In this document: piece by piece, positions 36,897 through 45,080 of the stretch | Layout of the letters: every line of letters begins with the position of its first letter | Numbering within the stretch: position 1 is the stretch's first letter | Assembly (NCBI GenBank): GCA_025829515.1 | Contig: GCA_025829515.1_4865.1 | From: a phage | DNA length: 64,000 bases | Reading direction: 5' to 3' (one strand) | Notes under the pieces: model-generated | Seen by the model: the letters and a program-made list of their open reading frames with translations, nothing else | Database searches by the model: none | Told to the model about the DNA's origin: nothing | Translations under genes and position numbers: made by a program

Positions 36897-39074
36897 ATGT
36901 CCTACACTCCTGATTTAGTGGCGACCGTGATTCGGTCGCTCAACCGTAAAAACGCGGTCGCCAAAGCAGTAGACCCCGCTAACGTACGCCTGGTGTCCGT
37001 GGCGCATCGTGACGAAAAAACCCTAGACGTCACACTGACAGGGGGTCCGGGGTATTCAAGTTACGGTCAAATTACGGCCCAAGTCACGAAGCAAAATATT
37101 GCTGATTATTTCGCCAAGGTTAAGTTGGATGCCATTCCCACTTGTGCGTCCATCCACGAACTGTTGCCGCATTTAGACACTCTACTAGGGATTACCTTTT
37201 TAACTGACGACTTTGAAGACCTGCCTATCACTTGGACAAACAATGCTGCGTGTATCACGTTCCAGGCGAAACAGACAAGTCTTATCTGGTACGGCAGCCA
37301 AACGCTAGATGTGATAAACGGTGACGTGGATATCAACACCGTCTACACTGTTACCAACATCATTCTCACGCTAAAGGCTGCGAATAAACAGCAGTGGATT
37401 AACTTCTACTCTAATGCAACCAAACGGATCGTGGATCTTGATAAAGTCGATGTCAGCTCCCCGATGTCCCCGGAGGATATAGGCCAAACCTCTGCGTATA
37501 ACAGCGTCGTAGCTTTGACCGCTAGACCGGGGAGCGGGATGTTTGGAACGAAGTATGTGTTCTTTTCACGTAACAAACTCGAGACATATGCAGGCAAAAC
37601 CACATACGTCCCGGATGATTTCACCGGTAGCCTGCACGATGCTCTGGCCATCGAGACACTCGGCATTCGGAGTGTTTTTGATGTAAACGAAATTGCTCCT
37701 GTAGAGAACCTGGCAGGCGAGTGGCCGAGACAAGTGCAATTGGCACCCGTAGAGGGTTCGTACAAAGTCATGGGCAGTGCCACGTTGAATGTGGCACGCT
37801 ATCAAGATAACGAGCAAACCCTTAACCTGAACTACACAACTACGTCGCAACTTTCGGACAGCTACTGGGCCACAACGTTGACCAACCATGCGGCGTGCGG
37901 GCGTTTGTTTGTTAACGTGACCGTAGATGCGGGGGCTTTCGTTTATCGCGACAGCAACCTGAAACCGACGTTCGTTATCGACGAATTGCCGCAAATTGGC
38001 GAGGTGGTTTGGAACTTCGTTAACCGGGGAACCATTCTTGGTCGTGGTGGTTCGGGTATGGTCTACTCTATGCCTGCGAACACATCAGCGGACGGAGCTG
38101 ACGCAATCCACATTACCGATGCCTTCCGCGGCAAAGTCACCATCGAAAACTACGGCACCATCGCCGGAGGTGGGGGCGGGGGCGACTACTATGCGTTTAG
38201 CACCACCAAGATCGGTGGAGCTGGTGGTGCGCCACTCGGGACAGGCGCGGTGGTGCCCAGCGGCACCAATAACCGTAACGGCTTAGCTGGGTCCCGTGAC
38301 AAAGGCGGTGCTACTCAGTTAGTCGTCGCACAATTTACCGGCTACCAGAGTCGCTACTATGGCGGTCCGGGTGGGGATTGGGGCCAGCCGGGACGATATA
38401 CAGCGTTCGAGCAATGGAACACCCCGGCTACCGGCTCGCCGATCTATGTCTACGGTCGTGAAGACGGGATGTCATGGACTCGCCCTGGGATGGCAGGCGA
38501 AGCCGTCGGTGGGAATAAAAGTATCGTCAACTGGGTATCCGTCGGAACGGTGAAACCGAATGTCACCAACGAGTACCAAGAGTTCCTCGACTACCTCGCA
38601 GATTTAGATGCCAACCGATTGGCCAGTGCGGATGGGATAGATAAAGTCACCGACCCAACCAAGCCTGTAGTTGTGGAGTTCTTAGGTACGATTATTTCAG
38701 GTACGCTGTTCCAAAAGCAAAACATACCCGGCGGTTTGGTGGGAACACCATACGGCGATGCTGTAGCCAACTTACCAGCCACCACATTGTTTGGTATCAT
38801 GGCACACTGTGTATCGGAGTTTGATATTGTGCACGACACTTGGCGTTACAACCGCGCGGTGATGTTCACGCTAAAACCCGCACCTACCGGGGCGATTAGC
38901 CTCGCTGTGGAACGCAACCGGGTGAAATCGGCTACCAGTAGTGCACCGGTGGAGAAGTTCTACGTCGATCGCTTCGTGTATTACGATGCGTATCTCGGTA
39001 AAATGATGGAATGTAATCCGTATACCAAATCTGCCCCTAAACCGTGGGTGCGGCCAACGATACCGTTATCGTAA
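36897..39074 (+). CDS. paralog-family protein with Gly-rich region (725 aa); candidate receptor-binding protein
   Basis: Gly-rich tract IAGGGGGGDYYAFSTTKIGGAGGAPLGTG; C-terminal domain shared with 35563-36882; stop is followed in frame by FNEELDGFKA-stop. Confidence 0.65.
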   Translation: MSYTPDLVATVIRSLNRKNAVAKAVDPANVRLVSVAHRDEKTLDVTLTGGPGYSSYGQITAQVTKQNIADYFAKVKLDAIPTCASIHELLPHLDTLLGITFLTDDFEDLPITWTNNAACITFQAKQTSLIWYGSQTLDVINGDVDINTVYTVTNIILTLKAANKQQWINFYSNATKRIVDLDKVDVSSPMSPEDIGQTSAYNSVVALTARPGSGMFGTKYVFFSRNKLETYAGKTTYVPDDFTGSLHDALAIETLGIRSVFDVNEIAPVENLAGEWPRQVQLAPVEGSYKVMGSATLNVARYQDNEQTLNLNYTTTSQLSDSYWATTLTNHAACGRLFVNVTVDAGAFVYRDSNLKPTFVIDELPQIGEVVWNFVNRGTILGRGGSGMVYSMPANTSADGADAIHITDAFRGKVTIENYGTIAGGGGGGDYYAFSTTKIGGAGGAPLGTGAVVPSGTNNRNGLAGSRDKGGATQLVVAQFTGYQSRYYGGPGGDWGQPGRYTAFEQWNTPATGSPIYVYGREDGMSWTRPGMAGEAVGGNKSIVNWVSVGTVKPNVTNEYQEFLDYLADLDANRLASADGIDKVTDPTKPVVVEFLGTIISGTLFQKQNIPGGLVGTPYGDAVANLPATTLFGIMAHCVSEFDIVHDTWRYNRAVMFTLKPAPTGAISLAVERNRVKSATSSAPVEKFYVDRFVYYDAYLGKMMECNPYTKSAPKPWVRPTIPLS

Positions 39075-39114
39075 TTTAACGAGGAACTTGACGGGTTTAA
39101 AGCCTGAAGATAAT

Positions 39115-39152
39115 CCATGCCCTCTTCCCCACGGGGAAGAGGCTTTCTTTTT
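39115..39152 (+). terminator. intrinsic terminator
   Basis: cctcttcccc-acgg-ggaagagg hairpin followed by ctttcttttt. Confidence 0.75.
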
Positions 39153-39179
39153 ATGACCCTATCAACTCAGGAGGTTATC

Positions 39180-39770
39180 GTGGTCGATCGTTGGAGTAAA
39201 GAGGGCATTATTCGTGCCAAAGTAAACATCGAAGCCGGTTACGTTAATAACCCGAAAGATTTGGGCAAAGCAACGAACCGCGGTGTCACCGAACTCACTG
39301 CGCGCGAATATGGCTATAAAGGGGATATGCGTGACCTGAGCTTAGAAATCGCGTTAGACATTTACAACAAGCTCTGGTGGCAGCGGATGCGTTTAGACCA
39401 GATTATGAAAATGAATGTCCTGCTAGCTGACCGAATGTTTGATTTCGGCATTAACGCAGGACGCGGTAACTGTATCAAGTCCCTGCAACGTATTCTGAAC
39501 GTATTAAACCGTCAGGGTAAACTATACGATGATATCGATGCCGATGGTGGTATCGGGCCACGTACGTTAACAGCGTTAGAAGGCTTCATCAAAGCCCGTG
39601 GGGAAGAGGGCCTGAATCGACTGATGTTCGCTTTAACCTGTCATCAGGTTGCGTACTACACGGAAATCAGTGAAGGGCGTGAGGATAACGAAGAGTTTAC
39701 TTACGGCTGGTATGGCCGCGTCTATCAGGAAATGCCAGACTACGTGGCTAAGTTGGGGATGTGCAAATGA
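39180..39770 (+). CDS. endolysin, glycoside hydrolase family 108-like with PG_binding_3-like C-terminus
   Basis: EAGYVNNPKDLGKATNRGVTELTAREYGYKGDMRDL and DGGIGPRTLTALEGF, NEEFTYGWYGRV match the GH108-type phage lysin pattern; start placed at GTG after AGGAGG (in-frame ATG at 39153 lacks an SD). Confidence 0.8.
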   Translation: MVDRWSKEGIIRAKVNIEAGYVNNPKDLGKATNRGVTELTAREYGYKGDMRDLSLEIALDIYNKLWWQRMRLDQIMKMNVLLADRMFDFGINAGRGNCIKSLQRILNVLNRQGKLYDDIDADGGIGPRTLTALEGFIKARGEEGLNRLMFALTCHQVAYYTEISEGREDNEEFTYGWYGRVYQEMPDYVAKLGMCK

Positions 39771-39868
39771 AACAGAATTGGTTTGCTGCCTTAATGAAAG
39801 CTATCTGGCGCGCCCTTGTTTTTGCCGCAAGGAGAAAACGTAATGACCCACCGTCCAACTCCGCCTAA
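39767..39868 (+). CDS. small hydrophobic ORF (33 aa); candidate lysis-cassette membrane protein
   Basis: ATGA overlap with endolysin stop; WFAALMKAIWRALVFAA then basic tail; below the ORF-track size cutoff. Confidence 0.3.
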   Translation: MKQNWFAALMKAIWRALVFAARRKRNDPPSNSA

Positions 39869-39995
39869 GTTCCCCGAAGTACAAACCGTTCCGGAAACGT
39901 ATTACGATTCTGGGTTCTTCAAACTATTACGCGCGATCTTCTGTCGGAGGGTAAAGCCATGCAATACGACAACGACGACTGGCCGAAAGGCTTAA
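39843..39995 (+). CDS. small ORF (50 aa)
   Basis: ATG preceded by aaggagaaaacg SD. Confidence 0.25.
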   Translation: MTHRPTPPKFPEVQTVPETYYDSGFFKLLRAIFCRRVKPCNTTTTTGRKA

Positions 39996-40051
39996 TGCCC
40001 ATTTTACTGGGATTAATGGTCCTCACGATGCTCGTGCGTTATATGACGTGA
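39959..40051 (+). CDS. small single-TM ORF (30 aa); candidate holin or spanin-like component
   Basis: ggagg SD; PILLGLMVLTMLV transmembrane-like segment. Confidence 0.3.
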   Translation: MQYDNDDWPKGLMPILLGLMVLTMLVRYMT

Positions 40052-40058
40052 GGTCAGT

Positions 40059-40700
40059 ATGGAAGCACTTAAGTATAAGTTGTTAGAGAAGCCGTGGTTT
40101 ATCCTCACGGATGATTTCCATTTCGAGTTTACGTTGCGCAGCCTCTATCGTGAACACGCCGGAATGGATGCGATGGTAGCATTAGCAGGTCTGCATCCGG
40201 ATACCCCGTTATGGGTAACGGTACCGAAAGGATTTGTGACGGACCTGGCAAGCATTCCAGAAGCGTTACGTCCTATCCTGCATCCGGATGGGCCTTGGGC
40301 TGCTGCCGCTTGTGTGCATGATTTGTTTTACCAGAAACGTTCATCGGTAGGCTTTTACCCTGACACTGTCGAAGGTAATCTATCTCGTGCATGTGACAAA
40401 ACATTCGCTGACCTGATGTTCTTACGTATCATGGAGGCATTAGGCGTTGACACCTTTATTCGTAAGTCCTTCTACCATGCCGTTCACGAGTTTGGTTGGC
40501 CGTCCTATGTAGACGATAACTCTAAGGTGGTTTATAGCCGGCCGGTAGAAAAGACGTTGTCCTATAATCGCAACTACCTGTTCTTTAGAACGTCGCGTAC
40601 GTTAGCGATTCCTGAACACGAACGTGTTGACATTACTAATGGGCAACCGGTAAACGTGCAGTATTTGAATATCAAACGTGCGTTCCTGACTACCCCTTAA
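40059..40700 (+). CDS. DUF1353-like protein
   Basis: KGFVTDLASIP resembles the DUF1353 F-x-T-D-G-A-S-I-P signature. Confidence 0.5.
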   Translation: MEALKYKLLEKPWFILTDDFHFEFTLRSLYREHAGMDAMVALAGLHPDTPLWVTVPKGFVTDLASIPEALRPILHPDGPWAAAACVHDLFYQKRSSVGFYPDTVEGNLSRACDKTFADLMFLRIMEALGVDTFIRKSFYHAVHEFGWPSYVDDNSKVVYSRPVEKTLSYNRNYLFFRTSRTLAIPEHERVDITNGQPVNVQYLNIKRAFLTTP

Positions 40701-40709
40701 GGAGAGAAA

Positions 40710-41225
40710 ATGTTTCATCCGAATCCTGCCAACTTCGCGTTAAAAGAGTTGATGCCGCAGGAGTACATCGCGAAATACGGTGAAGGTGCTATTCGTTTCC
40801 TTAATCCGTTACTGCTAATCTCGCTCCAACAGATTCGTAATCGTTTTGGGCGGATGGTGATTTTAACCAGTTCCCAGCAACAGCGTAGTCTGCGTACCCT
40901 GCAGTTCTTTATTAATCAAGAGAAACCAAAGGGTGGAGATTGGCAAACTCGTGCAAACAAACTGTACGCCGAATCAGGCAGTATGCATAAATTCGGTAAT
41001 GCGTTTGATGCAACAATGCTTGATACTCCGTTGCAGAAAGTACACGACTATATTGCCGCGAACCCTAACGAGTTTCCGTTTATTCACTTTATCGAGTGCG
41101 ATATTACCTGGCTGCATGTTGACGTACGCAACCAGCCTGATATCACCTTCTGGTCACCGACACGTGGTACCGTTAAAGTGGTTAAGCAACAACCCATCGA
41201 TTGGAGCAAGCTAGTTAAAATCTAA
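40710..41225 (+). CDS. peptidase M15 (VanY/L-Ala-D-Glu peptidase)-like protein
   Basis: SMHKFGNAFD fits the SxHxxGxAxD zinc-binding motif of M15 peptidoglycan peptidases. Confidence 0.45.
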   Translation: MFHPNPANFALKELMPQEYIAKYGEGAIRFLNPLLLISLQQIRNRFGRMVILTSSQQQRSLRTLQFFINQEKPKGGDWQTRANKLYAESGSMHKFGNAFDATMLDTPLQKVHDYIAANPNEFPFIHFIECDITWLHVDVRNQPDITFWSPTRGTVKVVKQQPIDWSKLVKI

Positions 41226-41304
41226 GCCACTTTAATCAAAAGTAATATCATTTATCATTTGATACGTTTAATGCGCTTAGAGAGCGTTACAGAGCGTTTT
41301 AGAG

Positions 41305-41362
41305 GGTAAATAAAGCCCTTACCCACTCCCCTTACGGGAGTGGGTAAGCATTATTTATTTTC
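41305..41362. terminator. bidirectional intrinsic terminator between convergent genes
   Basis: cttacccactcc...ggagtgggtaag hairpin flanked by an A-tract on one side and a T-tract on the other. Confidence 0.7.
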
Positions 41363-41842
41363 TTCTAACGGAACAATCGTAATCGGAGTAGGAACTTCAC
41401 CGATAAACCCGCTGCTGCAGCGAAAGAATGTCATCCCTTTACCTTCGCCGGTATACGGGTTCACATCCGAAAAAGAGTAAGTGGGGCTATCGTTTACGGT
41501 TTTATTAATACGGTAATAACGCTCACCTGTGGTGGTGTTAACATTCCCGTCGATTTTGCCAATTGTATCTTTAAACATCATCGGTGACTCTAGTTTGCCA
41601 CCGTCCCACGTTGCTACCCAGTTTGCACCCACATCCATTACTGTTACTGACCGCGGCATCATCTGTAGATTGTCCAGAACCGGACGGTAGTCTATAAACT
41701 TCTCCTGCGTCCCTGTGCATGTATAAATCACCAAGTCGTGATTCTTTACTGGTGTGGCGCTAAATTGTCCTATGTTGCTTGGCGACTGAACACAACCGGC
41801 CAACAGGTTTATAATCGCGAGTACGATAAATAGACGTTTCAT
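41351..41842 (-). CDS. lipoprotein (signal peptide plus lipobox LLAGC)
   Basis: MKRLFIVLAIINLLAGC; lone minus-strand gene between two bidirectional terminators. Confidence 0.7.
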   Translation of the reverse strand: MKRLFIVLAIINLLAGCVQSPSNIGQFSATPVKNHDLVIYTCTGTQEKFIDYRPVLDNLQMMPRSVTVMDVGANWVATWDGGKLESPMMFKDTIGKIDGNVNTTTGERYYRINKTVNDSPTYSFSDVNPYTGEGKGMTFFRCSSGFIGEVPTPITIVPLEENK

Positions 41843-41966
41843 AGAGTACCTTTCAGTGGTAAAAAAATTTCTCGTTTAACAGCCAACTTTACTGTCATAT
41901 TAAGCCCACTATGTTGTTTTTAGAACGATTTAGTATGCACCACAAACCTACTATAAGGAAACAACC

Positions 41967-42494
41967 ATGGCAGTCATCTCTGCAAAAGACCAACTCGTCG
42001 CGCTGTTTAATGCTGCAAACAGCGGACTGTCTAGTCCGTTAACTTCTGCTGACGTTACATTCGGCGCTGTTGCTGACTATTCACCAGCAGATTCTGGAGA
42101 CACCCGCAACTCCAAACTCACCATCACTGCCACCGCGGAATCCGCTAACTTTACTGGCGAGAAAGAGCTGCATTATACCCGCCTCGATTCATTGAACATC
42201 ATCGGTGCGAAAGCAGTTACCGCTGACCAGGCAGAATGGGATACCGATGAAGAAGTGCTTGCTTTTGTCAACGCAGATCTAATTGCCGCCGGTAAAACGG
42301 AAGATGCGTTTGCATTGTCTGAACTCACCATTTCACGCGAGGACGGCGACAGTGGTGAGAAAATCATCACTGTTATGGTGAAAGAAGGCCACATTAAATA
42401 CCAGCCTGCCAGCCTTGCAGTTTATACTGTAACGCAGCCAATCGTTAAAACTGACCTGAGCACCACCAACGGTGAACTGGACGGATTCGTTTAA
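41967..42494 (+). CDS. short paralog-family member carrying the C-terminal NGELDGF tag
   Basis: DTRNSKLTITA, HYTRLDSLNIIG, ends LSTTNGELDGFV. Confidence 0.65.
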   Translation: MAVISAKDQLVALFNAANSGLSSPLTSADVTFGAVADYSPADSGDTRNSKLTITATAESANFTGEKELHYTRLDSLNIIGAKAVTADQAEWDTDEEVLAFVNADLIAAGKTEDAFALSELTISREDGDSGEKIITVMVKEGHIKYQPASLAVYTVTQPIVKTDLSTTNGELDGFV

Positions 42495-42518
42495 CAAAAC
42501 AACTTAGTAGTTTCTAAG

Positions 42519-42574
42519 AAATAAATAAAAGGTACCTACCTCCCTTCGGGGAGGTAGGGCCTTTATTTTCTTTG
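42519..42574. terminator. bidirectional intrinsic terminator
   Basis: cctacctccc-ttcg-gggaggtagg hairpin with A-run upstream and T-run downstream. Confidence 0.8.
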
Positions 42575-42575
42575 C

Positions 42576-43247
42576 TTACATGCCGAGTGACTCGGACAAT
42601 GTTTTTAATCCAGTGTAATCGCGCTTTTCAGCTAACTCACGGATTTGGCGTTTGTTATCTGCCATTGCTGAGTGCAACACCTGGTCACGTGCAACAATAG
42701 CGGCCAGCAACGCTTTACATTGGGCTACTGTAAACGGACTGTGCTTAGTATTCAGCGTATCGAGCCAGTATTCTGGTGCGGTATCTGCCTGAATGTATTG
42801 ACCGAGGATGGTACGCGACGATTCATCGGCTTGAAAGTGGCTACCTTCAAACTCGATATAACCATGGCGCTCATCTTCGTAGCGGTGGTCGAGTTCCAAC
42901 AGCATCTTCTGCACGTCTTCGTAAATGTAACGCGCGGTAGATTTCAGATTCCCGCGAATTTCGTCGAGGTCAATCTCCAGCACATTAGCAATAAACTCTT
43001 TCGTGCGTTTCAATGTGAAGTTAGCTTCAATCTCCGACATCTCATACAGCTTCATGCGTGCCAGGGCTTCTTTATCAGACATCCCTTCGATGAGATGGTA
43101 ATGGAGTAATGCACAAAATCCGGTACGGCCCTGATCCTGCGCACCGATTCGTTCCATGAAATTACCGTGACGATCAATCGGCAAATCACGCTGGAAATAA
43201 CGGGCGCGGATCTCTTCGTTCGTTAAGCTTTTGTCAGTAACAGACAT
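42576..43247 (-). CDS. hypothetical protein; last gene of the Cys-peptide/radical-SAM operon
   Basis: 223 aa; GAGGAGG SD; start overlaps upstream stop by 25 nt. Confidence 0.55.
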   Translation of the reverse strand: MSVTDKSLTNEEIRARYFQRDLPIDRHGNFMERIGAQDQGRTGFCALLHYHLIEGMSDKEALARMKLYEMSEIEANFTLKRTKEFIANVLEIDLDEIRGNLKSTARYIYEDVQKMLLELDHRYEDERHGYIEFEGSHFQADESSRTILGQYIQADTAPEYWLDTLNTKHSPFTVAQCKALLAAIVARDQVLHSAMADNKRQIRELAEKRDYTGLKTLSESLGM

Positions 43248-43789
43248 TCGTCCTCCTCAATCAGGCCAAGTTCTAACAACAAACCGAAGTCCAGCATCTG
43301 GAAGTCCTGATCGAGGTTACCGGCCCACAACAGAGAAATGTTGTGTTGCTCTTCTTCTTCCAACTGCGGGAGCAGGTGTTCTTCGAAGATTTGACGCTCT
43401 GTGTAATAAGCGTCAACCGGGTTATTGGAGCGTAAGTTACGAATACGCATCCGCGGGAAAGACAAGCCCAAAGCCACTAAACTTTCAGGACTGGCTTCAT
43501 CAATAGAGTGACGTAGCAGTTCGATTTTGTGGCGTGGGTATGCAAGCAGTCGCTTCTCAAAGCCAGGGTTGCGCTTTTCGATTTCCGCGACAGACTCGTG
43601 TCCTTTCTCAACGCAGTAGACCGGGATCATCACGTTCAGCCCGTATTTAATCAACAGGCTTTGGATTTCATCAGTGAAGTCTTCCCCTGCCACAATTGCG
43701 TGCACATTGTACAGCTTGCTTTTGCGCAGGAAGCGATCGACCAAGTGCAGTTTACGCTTCGTAAAATTGTGAATCAGTATTGACTTCAT
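43223..43789 (-). CDS. hypothetical protein
   Basis: start trimmed to ATG at 43789 (GGAG SD); overlaps the upstream radical SAM gene by 38 nt. Confidence 0.5.
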   Translation of the reverse strand: MKSILIHNFTKRKLHLVDRFLRKSKLYNVHAIVAGEDFTDEIQSLLIKYGLNVMIPVYCVEKGHESVAEIEKRNPGFEKRLLAYPRHKIELLRHSIDEASPESLVALGLSFPRMRIRNLRSNNPVDAYYTERQIFEEHLLPQLEEEEQHNISLLWAGNLDQDFQMLDFGLLLELGLIEEDECLLLTKA

Positions 43790-45080
43790 TCTGGGCTCCG
43801 TTTTGTAATTTTTCTGCTTCGGCACGTTGGCGTACACAACGTGAACAATAGCACATGGATTTATCATGCAAATCTGATGCGCGAGTCGTACCAGTTTTCT
43901 GATACCAATATTCCGCCGCCATCAGCTTCGCAGTAGTCCAACCACACTGACGACGCTCGGCGTGATACGCTTTACGGTCTTCCAGTGTACCTTCACCGTT
44001 TTCGTACGATGCTGCTGCGCAGCTACCGCAGCTGTGTTTCATCGGACACCCTAAACAGGTTTCTGGGTAGTTGGTGTACTGCGTTTGAATCTCTTCTAAC
44101 AGCTTACCGCCGTCCAGGCTCACAAACTCACGACCAACCAGTTCCGCTACAGCAGAGCGGGAAGTTACCGTGGACATGAAACGGTTACAACCGTAAATCT
44201 TGCGATCAAAGCCGAGACAGGTCATGTGCGTCAACGTACCGCAGTACGGTTTCAGGCGTTCTGGGTCGAGACGAACAGAGTCGTCATGTAAGAGTTTGTC
44301 ACGCCAATCCGGGTCCCAAGTTGCCATAAAGTTCAGGCCATCCGGGATGATGTGTGTAATCGTGTTACGCGGGTTGGTGTGCAGACCCTTCTCAATCCAG
44401 TAGTCCATCACGTCCATCATCTGGTTCGCGATATCCAACGCCATATGGCGCGGCAGGATATCTTCGTACGTTACGTTACCAGAGATGGTACCACCGCCGG
44501 ACATGTCAATTAACGATTTCATGCTGGCGGCATAGTGCGGCAATGTATCGATCGTAAACGTCGCCTTTACGCCCAGCTCAGCGATGCCAACACTCTTCAG
44601 ATAATTGTAACCGCGTACCGCAGCTTCGTACGACCCTTCACGCGTCGTGGTAAAGATACGATATTTGTCATGGACTTCAGGTAAACCATCGATGGAGACC
44701 CCAATAGACAGTTTGTCTTTCCAGCGCTCGATAATTTCTTTGTTCAGCGGACGGTCCAGAAGCGTACCGTTCGTGGAGATACTGAACATATACGGGCGAT
44801 TGTGTTCTGCGCATAACTTCTCTGCGGTTTCAAAGGCCGCCAAAAGAAGTTTAGGCTGCATGAACGGCTCACCACCGATGATATCGATGATGACTTCAAC
44901 GTTCGGGATATCTTTATCACGCTCGAAACAAGCGTGGATAAAATCAATCACGTCTGCTACTTTGTTGTTACGCGGATATTTACGCTCGTAGCAGTATTCG
45001 CAGTCCAGGTTACATGACAGGTTAGTCACAACCTGATACGTGCGTGGTGTGTACTGGATTTGCTGTTCGCTATTACTCAT
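43752..45080 (-). CDS. radical SAM enzyme with SPASM/twitch-type Cys-rich C-terminal domain
   Basis: CNLDCEYC (CX3CX2C), IIGGEPFM, TNGTLL, C-terminal cysteines CGTLTHMTC...CNRF...CLGCPMKHSCGSCAA; ATG overlaps upstream stop. Confidence 0.8.
   Translation of the reverse strand: MSNSEQQIQYTPRTYQVVTNLSCNLDCEYCYERKYPRNNKVADVIDFIHACFERDKDIPNVEVIIDIIGGEPFMQPKLLLAAFETAEKLCAEHNRPYMFSISTNGTLLDRPLNKEIIERWKDKLSIGVSIDGLPEVHDKYRIFTTTREGSYEAAVRGYNYLKSVGIAELGVKATFTIDTLPHYAASMKSLIDMSGGGTISGNVTYEDILPRHMALDIANQMMDVMDYWIEKGLHTNPRNTITHIIPDGLNFMATWDPDWRDKLLHDDSVRLDPERLKPYCGTLTHMTCLGFDRKIYGCNRFMSTVTSRSAVAELVGREFVSLDGGKLLEEIQTQYTNYPETCLGCPMKHSCGSCAAASYENGEGTLEDRKAYHAERRQCGWTTAKLMAAEYWYQKTGTTRASDLHDKSMCYCSRCVRQRAEAEKLQNGAQNEVNTDSQFYEA

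Noticed and set aside
37406-37994. Minus-strand ORFs of 125 and 142 aa
   Set aside because: Antisense within the 725-aa family gene; no independent support.
39117-39179. Upstream extension of the endolysin (track start 39117, in-frame ATG at 39153)
   Set aside because: That region is the terminator hairpin and T-run of the preceding gene and lacks an SD; the GTG at 39180 follows a perfect AGGAGG.
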